The notes under the pieces are model-generated. The model had not been told where the DNA came from. It saw only the letters and a program-made list of their open reading frames with translations, and did no database searches. The position numbers were made by a program, and so were the translations under genes. DNA of 64,000 nt from Fimbriosthenelais zetlandica (lineage: Eukaryota), in assembly GCA_977030845.1 (NCBI GenBank), contig OZ365113.1, forward strand, positions 11,408,001 through 11,472,000, in the 5' to 3' direction. Below, piece by piece: positions 13,501 to 27,230 of this stretch (position 1 is its first letter; each line of letters opens with the position of its first letter).

Positions 13501-16500
13501 CTAGCGGATGCGGTGACCACCTCGGTTGACATTAGATCGTCGCTAGAGATCATTTCATTCATTCCAGAAACAGACAGTAATGGAAGTGGAATTAATCTGG
13601 ACACATGAGCATGTACATTAGCATCTCCAATCACCTCATTCAGCACCTCTGGCGTCAGACTTGTATAATATAATACTGGAGTCGTCCTCATTGATCAACC
13701 GCAGTGAGACGTCATTGTGTGCTCAAGACGAGGCTCAAAATTCACCTCTTTTTTAACACACTAGGGGCACTGTGCATACTACTGTTGGCTCTGAAGCCAG
13801 CTTCCTGTATTGAACGGAGTGAAATATTATATCCCAATTGAAAATGACAAGAAAGGAACTTAACAAGGCCAAATGATTTACTTCATAAGAAAGTTAAATG
13901 AAGGCCGAATAGAGCTTTGTAATAATATACTGTGAAAATAGAACATAGGAAAGGGCCGGGACGGGTGATTTGCCTATCTGGTCTCAACGGACAGGCCCAT
14001 GCCTTTAGGAAAGCGAACAAATTGTGCCAGCAGTTGTTGCCTACAGGGTACAAATGTAGAAAGCCCATCTAGCTGCCCTACTCGTTCCACTTCATCACGA
14101 ATATGCAGGGTGTTCACTTATCATCCTTACCTGTTGATAAGTTTGATAACTTTTCTCTGATAAAAAGGGAGAATTCATTGAACTTAAAGTTAAACTTATA
14201 AAGTTGCGGAAAGCCATGCTTAGAAAATCTCGACCCGCACTAGAAAAATATAAATGACTGTCTCAGTTATGCAGTGATCATGTCCCGCATTCCCAATACT
14301 TTTATGCAAAGCCTTTATCCAACTTCATCTCCTCATTCTTATAATCCTCTGTAAGCAAATCGTCCCTGTATGTAAAAAAGTTTTTCTCTTCCCTTCCCAT
14401 GCATATAGTACTTGTCTTCTTCCCTTACTTCCGTCCTTATCCGCCCATTCCCACCCACCCTCTTCATCAGTAACCAACACGGTTCATACCACCTAATCAA
14501 TAAGTAATCACATGTGATTGATATAATATCTCCACGTCGATACCAGGCATTTCATTGACATTGATCTCCAACATTTCCCTAGGGTTCCACTTAGCACTAT
14601 CTTGGGTTCCTTACCATTATAGAATCTAACATGCCCCAACATAAGGTTCCATATGAAGTGCCATATCAAATATTATGCCAACCAGACCTTATCAACTGAA
14701 AATCACAAACCTTAAAATTCATTTGCTTTCAAAATGCAATAACTGTCAGCTTGCTCCATAATTTGAATATTGAGCAGCCTGAATGAAGTTAACATTTTCA
14801 TACACTACTTAGTCTATATCAGTTTACTATGACATGCATATTCCTGTCACAATTACCCATTTCCAGATACTACTCATTGTACCAAATATAACTTTCTCCT
14901 TGGCTAAATGTCAAATGTAGTCCTTAATGCTTGACTTGGCCTGATCGGTTGATTGCTTAACCACAGGAAAGTTGGCAGCAACTCCAGTGTGATGTCATAC
15001 AAGTAGTCTACAAGTGGCTTCTCTCACTCTTTACACTTGTCTACAATGTGACTATGTCCCTTTAACTGACCGTAACAATATACATCTCTGTCCATTCAGG
15101 AAATTTTATCACAGAGAAAGTTATATAATTGAGAGAATATAATCACCTGACAATTAGAAACTGGTATTCTGAAGTAGGAATATTTGACCAACAAGTCTGA
15201 ATGTAATTCCTGTCCCCTTGAAATAATTTCTTTTTCATTAAAATGTTAAATATGAAGTGAAGTTGGTCATTTTAGGTCAAGCCCACCCTATATAGACAGA
15301 CCAATCTAATGTAATGGCCAATGACATTGATTATTATAGGGATTAGTCAGGATTCAGGAGATCAACTGGCTGATAAATCCCTCTGCACAGAGCTCCTACA
15401 CCCACACATCTTCAAGTCGATGTTATGTAACTAATTAAGCGAGTTAGCTTACTCCTTAATTATATAACTTTAATTATCTAATAATTAATGATGGTTTGGG
15501 CACAGAACTTGATACCTGATGTTTCATTTATGTGCAATACTGTTCATTTATCCTGGATTTCATATTGATTTCCCCATAGAAAGTGCTAGAAGTTATTTAA
15601 AATGGTTGTAGGCCATTTAGATCTCTATATGGATGAGTTGTTTTGTAGGAGGCATTCTTCAGAAATCCCACAGACTCTTTACACATCAAAGTGTATCTCG
15701 TAGGAGCAATATATCTCTGGCGGATAGCACTCTGGAAGATCTGGTCCTACAGTTTCTTGGAACCAAACTGCTCTTTAAATGGATGTAATGTCCTTCTGAT
15801 TGAAATGGCTATTTAATAGTATTCAGTATTTTGTATCATCGATGCAGCCTTTCTTCCAACCAAATATCTAAATATCATTAGAAACATATGGCCCCATACG
15901 GGATGTTGGTAACAGATTGTTCAGTGAAGACTGATCGATTGTCGCCCATCTCACAAATTGAACTGTAAAAAGGCAATGATTGAATTCATCTACGGAGTGA
16001 TTATTTACTTATGACCAAGCTACCGCCATACATGTGTCCTGAAAAGTAATTGGAAGCATTATAAGCTTGAACATAATTGTTCTTTGATTGACTAGAAGTA
16101 TTGATTTGCTTATACATGATATTTTTTTCCTGGTGGCCATCTGCCTGCTAATCATCTGATTACTGAGTTGTATTATGGGATAAAGACGTTGACCTTGCAT
16201 GTATGAATAGCCTCCTGTGTCCCCTTTGTTGTCTGGGGTGGGAGCGACTAAGTGATATTTTGTGCCGTAAATAAGGAAATTGGAGTATGTCCAATAAGGG
16301 ATAACTGTCATGCGAATCTCATGTACATCACAAAACGGTGTATCAAATGAAACATATAATCCAAGTGAGCATTCAAGCATTGTGGAACTACTAAATGCCT
16401 TCGAATTATGCTGAGACTTGAGGTGGTTAGTTAGCATTGCAAATCAATCAATATGAAATGGCCGATCACTATGCTATTGTCACTGAAAAGTAAAACACAA

Positions 16501-16796
16501 ATAGACATAGGAGATATCTGGGCTCGTCCCCCGGATCCACTTGACCTAGATAGGTTATTGAACACAAACACACACAGATCGCCACCTCTTCACGCTTGAG
16601 CAGCTCACAATGTCCAGCGGGGCCCCAGGGCGTCGCCACAGCGTTCTGCCACCATATTCACCATCAATTATTACTGCCTCGTTGCTAGGCTGAGGAGTGG
16701 TATAGCGGGACTACATAGGATGCTCTTGTTAGAGCATAATGATAACTCATGCACATGGGATTTACCCAGGTGCTACTCTTACATGATCCCCTACAG

Positions 16797-16955
16797 TGGT
16801 TACAGACGAGCACATGGGTTCTACCAATGCCACCAACCCTACCAATTAAACCGTGGACAAGAAGCCAATGAGTGTGTATATAGGGTCCACTACTGTGTAT
16901 GTATAAACAGACGCCCAGGGCACCTGAATGAATACTGGTGCTTGGTACATATACG
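16797..16955 (+). CDS. Candidate exon or pseudo-exon (159 bp) encoding a degenerate calcium-binding EGF-like peptide
   Basis: Acceptor atcccctacAG| (16796) and donor ACG|GTAAGT (16956), symmetric phase 2. Reads GFYQCHQPYQLNRGQEANECVYRVHYCVCINRRPGHLNEYWC, resembling G.Y.C.C..GY.L...G..NEC....H.C..C.N.PG.Y.C but with cysteines missing. Confidence 0.3.
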
Positions 16956-19740
16956 GTAAGTGCTGATGGATTATTATAATGATCATCAGCATCGATTATT
17001 GAAATAGCAATGGGCAATCATTGGAGGCAATCTAATAACAAGTGGAATCGTCAAAACTCAGGTTGGAGAGTGTGTGCACACATGAGGAGTTAGAGAGACA
17101 TTCTGGAGGAATTACCATAAAGATGTATGCCTGCATACACTCCATTGTGTGCTGGATTTCATAGGCTACAGCGTTTTGTAGTGTGTACATATATATTTTA
17201 GTACATACTCCGGATCCGGATGTGTGAAGGAGTGAGGGTTAGGGAATCATGTCTATTTTTGTCTTCCAACAACCTGGAGGGATTCCCAGTGTTCCCTCCT
17301 TCATTAAAAATAGGAAGAGTTCAGGCCATAAGGCCGGCAGGTATGTGCTACTTAAACCCTCAAAGTTTATTTGTTCTTAAAAGCCTAGAAAATTAAAAGC
17401 TAAGTGAGTTATTATCCATTCAAAATCGTTTAACATACTGATTCTCAGGAACATTAAAAGTTGTCAATAGTTGGATATAAATTGATTGTTCTTGCCCACA
17501 CATTTCTATTAAGATACAATTAACCATAGAAAAGTCTGTTTCCTTTCATGTAGACCAGATTTGCATTGATGGCTTCACTTGCGCTTCTTTGAGCAGCAGT
17601 TTGAGGCAGCCGACAAGTTGCCTATAATATACCTTTCATCTGCTCAGACAGACTCAGGATAAGGAAACCTGATCAATTCTATCGATACAATTATCTTTTA
17701 CAGTAACAAATCCAATACTGGATTTCATTCGAACTGTATGAAATGGTGGGAGTCGCAGTTGAAATGCTCTTTTTTATATGTTCTATTTAATGTCCTTCTA
17801 TGGTGCATTACTTTGAAACAATGTACTTGTACAGATGCAATGCATGTATAGTTTGCATTCTGTAAGACCTTGATCTTTCAATTGCCTTTCCAATACCCGT
17901 TAATAAAACATTATATGTTGATATTATATAGCCTATGGGGATCCCCATCTCCCTTATCTATAGAATTTTTGTGCAGCCAATTTACCAATTTGGATAATGT
18001 GCAAGATGTAATGTATTTGCCGAAGCACATTGACAACACAAAATAAATCATGTATATCACATGTATGGGTAACAATGCACTTTGCCAATGGCCACTACCG
18101 CTGATGTTTGTATTATGTATAATGTATCATGTAAAATGCATTGTACATACCATGCTGGGAATGGGGATGGAACTTGTCTGGACGAAGCAATGATATATAT
18201 ACGGAAAACGTTGATCACATACACCGTTTCACTTCCATTGTCATGTTCTGTGTCAATGTGCATGAGGGAGTGTTACACTGTGCTGCATATATATATGTAA
18301 ATAGTTTCTCTAAAGCGGTGAAAGTATGAAACATGAAACCTTACTATAATAGACGCAAATACAGATAGCCAGAATCGATTGCCCTGTCACCTAGTGTATG
18401 AAGAAACACGTCCACTTGTAGACATGGCTACTTCCGGTTTAAGTGCATTGCCATAGGTTGGAAGTGGGAATACACTAACAGTTCGCAGAAAACCTTTTCC
18501 AAAAGGGGAATAATATCCCCTTTCATGTTTACAGTGGATGACATGCCTTTTACATTCAGTTCTCAAAGTCCTTGAAATCAGCCATGCTATTTACATCACT
18601 GTCCAGGACAGTGTCGATCCTTGTGTACCCTATATAATATTATTATATGAGGCCCCATACACTTTGACTGGTGAGAAGCAGGAAGTGGAAATATAGCTGG
18701 CTACATATAGTTGACGGTAGTTGACAGGTGCTGAATGATAGCTATAATTGCTATTTGTAGTTAAATTTCCTCTATTAGTACAGGTAGAATTCTTCTGTGT
18801 ATTTCAGGCATTGTGTGACAGTATGGACTTGGACTATGGACAGTATACATGAATTGAAATGGATTTGGATTTTTTTTCGCCATTTCCATTTTAAAACGTT
18901 TTTACTTTAGAATTTCCTGTCCGATCCCAAGGTCAGCCTGTGAGCCTGAATTGTATCCACCCTGGACATAAATCGTCAGAGCTACAGTCATCTGCTCGTG
19001 TCAAGGGTTAAAATACTTTTATTGATGCTCTTGTCTTCTTGCTCTGGTATTCAATGTCACGTGGACAGGGTCGGCATGGGTCATGCCTCACAACCTGTGT
19101 ATAAGTCAGAGAAATATGGCGGTCAACCAGGCATCAGACTCAGGGGTCACCGGGTGGCCTCAACATTATAGATTATGAGGAACCACCAATATGGCCTGGG
19201 CCTGCCTTTTTCCTAACTCCCATTCGGCTCTGCACCAACAACCACGGTTTCATCCTTTGTGAATGCTTTGAAAATCCCCCCGTTCGGTATCGGCGTTTTA
19301 TCCTATGAATACATATGGACAATCGCTGAGCCCTTATAGAATGTCATGGAATGCAAGCAGCATAGAATTCCAAACTCTGCTTCACTGTATATTTATATCC
19401 AAAATAAGTGATATACAGGTTAGTTTATCATAAATTAATGTCACTTTAAAGTTCACCTACACCTAATTTATGCCTTGAGTTGTTCATAAGTACACTAGTA
19501 AATTGATTATAATCATTTCGTTTGATCTCCAGGAGGCCAGATTATATCAGTATTAATGTACATAATCCTTGTCAAACTAGCTATTGAAGGAAGTCCCATC
19601 CATCATAATCTATTAGCTTAGAAGATTCTAATAGTACATCTGTCATTGAAACCTGTTTTAAAGTGTGACATAAAACAGCTTGATTTACTTATGAGATTCC
19701 AGCTGGTACCACACATAATAACCAGCGATCTTACCTATGT

Positions 19741-19770
19741 ATCAATCCCTTAAGAATCAATCCCTTAAGA
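19741..19770. repeat. Exact 15-bp tandem duplication
   Basis: ATCAATCCCTTAAGA x2. Confidence 0.95.
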
Positions 19771-21000
19771 TAAAAGCAATTGATAAGCAATATACAAGGT
19801 GATTGAGCTAACTAAATAATACTTCCATCTCTTACACATGCATATAGGGCCTACCCCTCAACTGACTGGGCATTGAGTGAATGAGAAGTTGAATGTTGTA
19901 AACAAAATTATAGTCCTTGTGCATCATTATCGTCCATTTACTTGTTTGGATCTTGTGGTCTCCTATTGACAGCCACGGTAATCAGATTATAGCATGGCAA
20001 ATGTTATGTCCTAGATTGACCGTGAGACCTGCTGTCTGGACGTGAGCAGCTGGTCACTATAGTTACGGTTAATTGAATAACCCACATTACGTTTCTCTAT
20101 AGAGACCCTAGTCTATTTATGAACATATTAATAAGAAAATTTCATTTGTTTTATTACAAGTATTTTTACAGTCTATTGATACGGATCACTAGATTATCTG
20201 TTTCACTCTATATTTGTGATTGAAAATGCATTGGTAATAAAAATGATATAAAGATGTTATGATAGGGGGGTATTTTAGGGACAATCTAGTACCATTATAT
20301 GACGTATTATTATAATAAATTATGTAAATTTCCCACTTTCTTTTATCCTCATCCTCTCCTCCCCTATGTTACCCTGCTTCTCATTCCTTGTTGGTTCCAC
20401 GTGGCTCTCCCTACACATTTCCCACTGTCTTTTTCCTACTCTTTCCCCATCCTTCCTCCGTCTTCTGCCCTTCAGGCTGAGTGTGACAGATACCCTCCAA
20501 TCAATACCAATAATCTATGTGCTTGGGAGAAGCCCCGATAACATGATGGACGTGGAAGATAGTGGCTAGGAGCATTTTATGTCAACTCTGACGTCATTAC
20601 ACCATTTATAACCTTGAGCCACCCCACCCTCACCCCCGCTGTACCCCCTCCTTCCCCTACAGATCAATTGGCAAGGGGGGCCTTGCAGACTTAAAGGGGC
20701 AACAAGGATGTAAAAGGATGGAAATGCCAATAAATCGGCATGTGGCCATAGCTGTAAAATATTCAAAGCATAACGCAGATTCAAGCGCGTTAAATTCATC
20801 TAGCATTATTTTTAACAACTGGTAATAGTTTGTCAGAGCTATGATGACATATGCACAATCTACCTGCAGATGATATGACTAAACTGCTTTCAAGATATCC
20901 TCGATATATATCCTCCGTTACAGATAGCAGCATTTTTGTCTTAGCTGATTTTTTCCATGCGTCATGGGACACTTCTGTCAGATCTAGATTTTCTCAAGCG

Positions 21001-21051
21001 CTCAACATACATCTTACCAACCCAATTGACCCTAAATGGGCCATGGATGTA
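21001..21051 (-). mobile_element. Possible Gypsy integrase C-terminal (GPF/Y) remnant
   Basis: Minus frame YIHGPFRVNWVGKMYVE resembles Y.GPFRV..RVG.VAY.L. Confidence 0.18.
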
Positions 21052-24046
21052 GGTAGACCACCCTAATTTTGTAATCATATATGCATTATTCTTGAGGCAC
21101 ATTACTTAGGGCACGTAAAAAGGTGACAAGTAACCTAGTCGTTAATAATGTGAGTTAAGTCACCTAATCACTTGTGACTGATGTAAGGAATTAAATTATT
21201 AAAAAAGATTAAATTATATTGAGACATCTAACAATACATACAAACATATATATACTCTGCCTCATGTACATATATCAGGGCAAAAACCTTCAGAATCATT
21301 GTAGATTTCTATGACATCATTATCACACTGAAAGCCCATTGAATCGGTGAGGAACTTTGAATATGGATGAGATAGGAAGAGGGATGGAGGGAGACAGAGT
21401 CAGGCCCATATAGAAGGAAGGGGGAGAAAGGGGATGTTGAAGTAGGGGTAAGGACAGCTCTGCAATGCCTCAAGGTCGTGTGGTCTGGTCGTGGGTCTGT
21501 TGTGTTTGTGTGTGGGGAGGGGTTAACCGGCTGAGCTGCTCTCCATCCAGCTGCTCTCTCTCTCCCTCATGTGGCGACACCTTGCGTCTTGAGAGAGAAC
21601 CAACTAGGTAGCCAGCTTACCAAATGCAATATTGGATTTGAACAGTTGTATTTGGCTAGGGTGAAAGGAATATTCGGGGTAGGGCGGTAATGATTAATAC
21701 ATTTGCATATGAATTTATTACACTGTTATAGAGCACATCATTTTAGTTATCTATGGTCAGTGCACCTAATCATTCAAGACAGCTTATACGGTTTGTAGAC
21801 AAACATTGCCGACAACTCCTGATACTAATCCGTTGGGGCATCAGTTAGATTCCAGCATAATTATCACAGGCTATCATAGTCATTAAAACAGGCTAATCAT
21901 TGACAATCCTTTTATATTCAGTAAAAGGTCTGGTAATTGAATTTTAAGTAAAAATCGTTTTTAAATTCGCTCTAATGCAGTGCTCTAGAATGGAGAACTA
22001 ACAGCAGAGAAAGTTTATGACTTGGTTTGCTCATGCATCATATTGCAGATCCTAGCTAAATCCATGTTTGGACATCAATAAGCCTACATGTATGGCCAGC
22101 TATCCTGTATTATAAGAACGTGTCATAAAACATGAGGCTCACGAGAGTTAGTGAGAAAATGGGATTTAGAAATAACCCATTATAGCGCCATTGATGATAA
22201 GTGGAGCATGCGGGTCAGAGCTGATTTATAAGGCAGAAACATGCAAACTCAGAGTAACCGTAGTTCAAAGCCATTGGCAAAAGATATTCCATTCGTAGCA
22301 AGATCTAATGGGTAGTCAAACTTTTTATAATGACTCAATGCCTTTAAATGGCAAGATATATAGGAGTCATTCGAGGAAGCATTTTCCTTGTGAATGGGCA
22401 TGGAGTTTTCTCTACAAAATATGCTCAATTTATAAGCTTATTGTTGTTTTTCATTATGTTGATCCGTATCGATTTGGTGGGGTTCATCTGACACCCTTTT
22501 CCAGACTGCAACATTTCCCTTCCACTTTTCCAATGTTTATACCCATATCTTTAGACTCGTAGCTTCATCCTTCAGACTTGTATCAGATTGTTAAAAATAT
22601 ATGTCAAATAATGAGAAATTTTCTTCATGAAAACAACAAACAGTATGAACAACTCTCATCTGATGTTGTAGGCTATCTGCATCAGCTCACACATCATATT
22701 TATAGATAGTGATGTAATGAGCACGAAGGGAATCATATTCTACCCAAAGTCTAGCCAACATCAGCTAAAATGGATCCTCTGTGAGGGACCATTGTTGACG
22801 CCATTTGAGATGCAAATTTCCAACGCCAGGGGGCATAACGACCCTCATCATCATGCTAGACTGTGTGGGCTGATGCACAAGCTCGTCTTGTTAGCCCAGA
22901 ATCTCACTTGTCTCCCCCTGCTTGCTGATCGAGTAGTCCTGCCTTCCATTCTCTCGGTTCCAGCATTCTTAACTCCACTCTCCTTCTCCTTTTATCAGTA
23001 TATCACCTTTATTGCTTCAAAAATACTATTGATGCATATTACTATTGATTACTATTATATGGAATAGATCCATATAATGCATACGTTAAAACAATAATAG
23101 CTTTAAAATCACAAATGCTTTAAATTGGTTCAGGTTTTCTTTTGAGCACAAATACCCATCTAAATGCCATGGCTGTGCCTCAAACTAAGCTCTAGTTTGA
23201 CCAGAATCAAATATGGCGAATTATCTTAAATGACCTCGCCTCTTAATCTACGGAAATGTTGATAGCAAATTATGCAGTGATGGAACTAATTACCAGAAGA
23301 TGGGAGATAGGAAAGGAGGAATGAGAATCCTTTATCTCCTCTTCCATCGATTCCTATTTACTGCGGTACATGGTTCCATTGGCATCGCAACTCATCCTCT
23401 GGCATTTCCCTAAATATCAGCTCACTTTGAATGTAAATAATTATGGATCATAGTAACCCCATGTATAGCCACCTATACGGTATAAACCACAGTGGCCAGT
23501 GCAGGTGAATGACATTTAATTAATATTTAATTTATAATTGGATCAATACATAAATGATTTTAAAAAGTGAATTATAAAAAGTAAACAGGGATGACCTCGA
23601 CGTTGGTCGTTCTAGATTTTGGACAAGTTAGATGCCTTTAATTCATTCCAAGATTTTAAGAGCCCCCATAAATTATTGGTTCAATGGTAGGCCTACATAA
23701 ATAATTCAAATCACTATATATAAATGTGTGTGATTGATGTAGACAGTTAAAATGTCGGCCATTGAAAACCGTAATACTTGTAATTATGTATCTCTCTGTC
23801 CAACAGTATTCGAGGCATGTGCACTGTCCTTTCTTTTAGCTTAAAGTTCATGTCGAGGTTTTGCCTCGTATAAAGATCTTTGAGTGAAATGAATGGCATT
23901 CCCTTCATTGGCGTAATCCCTTGATCTTGGTTGGGTTCTATTTTTACATAGTTGCCAGAATCCAGGACATCCGCACTGTTTGAAGAGACAGGGACCTACT
24001 CAGCCAGGGATGATGAAAGCTGAAATTATTGGCAAAGTTCAGACTA

Positions 24047-24104
24047 GGGCTTGAACCGTGACCTTTCGAAATAAAAGAGTTTCAGCTTTCAACCGTCAAA
24101 GCTT
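24047..24104 (-). mobile_element. tRNA-Lys-like SINE head or tRNA pseudogene
   Basis: Minus strand AAGCTTTGACGGTTGAAAGCTGAAACTCTTTTATTTCGAAAGGTCACGGTTCAAGCCC resembles tRNA-Lys(CTT) TAGCTCAGTCGGTAGAGCATGAGACTCTTAATCTCAGGGTCGTGGGTTCGAGCCC. It has a B-box GGTTCAAGCCC with tRNA-like A-to-B spacing, but no acceptor stem is evident. Confidence 0.42.
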
Positions 24105-26699
24105 GCCTGTACAGATCTGTATTTGCAAGGTTTTAAATTGCTTCTCACTGGAAAGGCAGGACAGCCCAGTCAGTTCATTAGTATAATATTCGAACATTTG
24201 AGCTAGCTTCCATTTTGGTGCTTTTGCCTTCTGACCATACTGTGATGAAATGATGAAAACAACAACAAGTGAGAGGAAATTAATTGTCATGGCCAGATGG
24301 GGAACCTTAAACCATAGTATTAGCTTATAAAGACTGATCAAGTTACAAATTGAACACACGCTATTTACCTGCCAGTCATGGATTTCCTGTATAATACTTT
24401 TTCTCTACTTTATTACAGATTTCTGAGTGAAATCTTTATTTATACTTGTGCCTTTCAGTGCCATAGCTCCCCTAGCTTTACGTCATAGTTTTCTATTCCT
24501 TCCTGCTTCAAGACTTGACATGCGATTCCTCCATCACGTTAAGGTGGAGGCATGATTTTTATATGGTTATAATTTTCTACCCACCCCGAGGATGTGGATT
24601 GCATGCCATTAAACAGCCTGAAGTTTATGTTCTCATTTCCAAGATGATGTGAGATTGATGGATGAGATCTTGTACAGTTGGCCCCAACAGTTAGCTGGAT
24701 CATCGTGTGTACGATGTATTTGTATAATGAAGACTAAAATTTATAGTTTAATTTTATTCCTTGCAACTAGACTGCACGTCTTTGAAATTACTTGTCGCCC
24801 AAAGAGGACACGCTGGATGAAAGATATGCTAGCCTATAGAGATGGCAACATGTTTTTGACAACATATATTGCTATCCCCTGTAATTATCAATCCATATGC
24901 TCCACAAGTTACAGTACTAATACCTGCAATCAGCTGCTGCTCTTTACATTAGAGAAACGAGATAAGATGTGTCCATAAACAATTGTTCTAACTTAGTTTC
25001 CTTGTCATAAATGCAGGACGAGCCAGCAGACGCTTTTGACGAGGTTCTTATCCAGTGGTGCATTACCTCTATAGGACTAGATGTTGCCTATCCCTTTATC
25101 AGTTATGTCCTCTATTGAATGGATTAACCTCTGTGTATTCCGGTCAGTAATTCAATCCCAGCAGAGCCCGCCGCATGGCTTAATGCAATATTTCTCTTTC
25201 TGACTGAGTTAGATGGGGCGCGCATGGTTTCCTGAAGTATCTCATCGTACTTTTTTAAATTTAAGGGCACAATAACGAAGTGTCAGTTTAATATTATAAT
25301 TATATAAATTATCTTGCTGTTTTTCGCGGAGGGAAAGGATATAATATACCGTGCAAGCTACTTATTTACACAGGAACCGAGTGTTATATTATTTTAGAGG
25401 ATAATCGCGCTACAATTCATTCGCTTATGTCTTTGAAATAATTCAGATTCGACCAGCCAGATGAGCCTTAACATTGCACCCGTCTAATTTATGTTTTCGA
25501 GGGTTTATTACAAATAAAGCAGGTGATTTATTTTTTATCACAGCGAGACCCTCAATGATGCCATTGTTGATAATATATGGCGTAAAAGTCCACCAAGCAC
25601 TTTGATTTATGTGTCTAGGTAGGAAAATACTGCTTTCTACATGGCAAATCTGTCGAGACAGAAACTATATATAACATATATTATTCATAAATACAGCCAA
25701 TACATCTTCGTAAAGCTCAATCAAATCTAGCATATTCCCACTATGTTATTCATGCCGGAGCTGATGGATATTATTTTGTGATATACACCTAAAGTATAAT
25801 TCTCATACTTGCTCCATGGAGCCCAAATTGTCTATAATATTATTAGATATTTCATATTATACCCTTCTATTGGCGAGTGAGGAAAAAGAAACCGCTTATT
25901 AATGGGTTAATTGTGGAATTATTTCCCTGCATAGGTTCCTCTTTTTTTCTATCTAATAATGATGTCCAAGAGAAATACAAGTACCAAGTTGAGCTTGAAG
26001 CCCTAACAAGCCTTAAATATTCAATGGGTAATCTACTTCCAATTTAAAACCCCAATACATGTCATCAAAAAAATCCTGTACCTCTGACGGATGGGAAACT
26101 TGTCATAATAGCATCCAATATAATATGCAAATGAGGGCCTTGTTTTCCATATTGATGATGCCGTAGTATAAAACATGGCCCCAAAATAAAGAAGACCCTT
26201 TTATTATGCATGATGCCTCATTTTATGGTTTTTAATCGTCGTTGAAAGAACGGTAATGAGGATAAATTTTCGAAAGCCGGATGGAAGGTATTCAGGAGTT
26301 GGCTTTGCGACTTTGTAGGCCTAAAGGGCGGAGTCCACCTATCCGATTATCGGGTCAAAATCGATCGGATCCGCTTTTTTGTAGGCAAAAAGACCTACCC
26401 TGGTGCTGAAGGCAACTTGAGAATTTTGTGCATATTTTTTCTGTGTCGCTGTATTCAATTTCTGAATCCTTTTGCAACTGATTTCAAAACTGTGAAGAGA
26501 ATTCTCAGTAGAGAGGCCATATAAAAGCGACCTGAAGCAAGCTGGCTGCAACAGCTTATTGAAGGCCTTAATGGCCTCGTGTCTCTATAGTATCCACCCC
26601 ACACACAAATACCCAGCAGGCAAAAGCAGTCGTTGAGGAAATAGGTTCCTTTGAAGGTAATTGATCAGAGAGAACAACAATGCTGGGCAATTAACTCTG

Positions 26700-27230
26700 G
26701 CCCTGCTCTTCATTCCCCTCCACCCCCACATTAATTCATTCTCTTCCTTCTTCTCCCCTTCTTGGTTTCCACCTTGTCTTAATATCTCTTTCTACTTCTG
26801 CCCACTTGTCTATTACTTGTCTTCTGACCTCCTGGGCTTCTTTCTCTTCAAGACTGTTCCTGCTCTTTGAAAACTACTTGCCACCTATTTGCACTGACTA
26901 TATATGTATAGCAGGTTTGGACACCCTATGTGTGTCAATGTCCAGGCCCTTCCCTTACCAGAATCATAATCTATCATACCACACATCACCTCCTCCATTT
27001 TCTCACCCCCTGCCATTGAAATCTGCCTCCTATCGTATTTCAATTTCCCTTGCTCGTCTCCCCCTTAAATCCATCACCTTGCCATGACTATAATGGGTCT
27101 TCCTCCTTGTCCTTCTTGCCCCACCATCCTCTCCCTCCATCCTCACCCCTCTTCCTTCCTTCTGTCTTGCTATGAACTGCTCCTTCCCTTCTGCTTCAGC
27201 TCTTCCTGTATTTCTGCGTCATCTTGTCAT
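26700..27230 (+). other. Long pyrimidine-rich, strand-asymmetric tract
   Basis: About 530 bp dominated by C/T on the + strand, read directly. Confidence 0.75.

Noticed and set aside
19003-19011. AAGGGTTAA as a piggyBac/MITE end
   Set aside because: No matching TTAACCCTT partner was seen nearby.
22368-22397. HSRKHFPCEW as a C2H2 linker
   Set aside because: No second Cys or His pair follows.
26571-26618. CWVFVCGVDTIETRGH (- strand) as an L1 zinc knuckle
   Set aside because: Cys spacing is wrong and a stop follows immediately; too weak to call.
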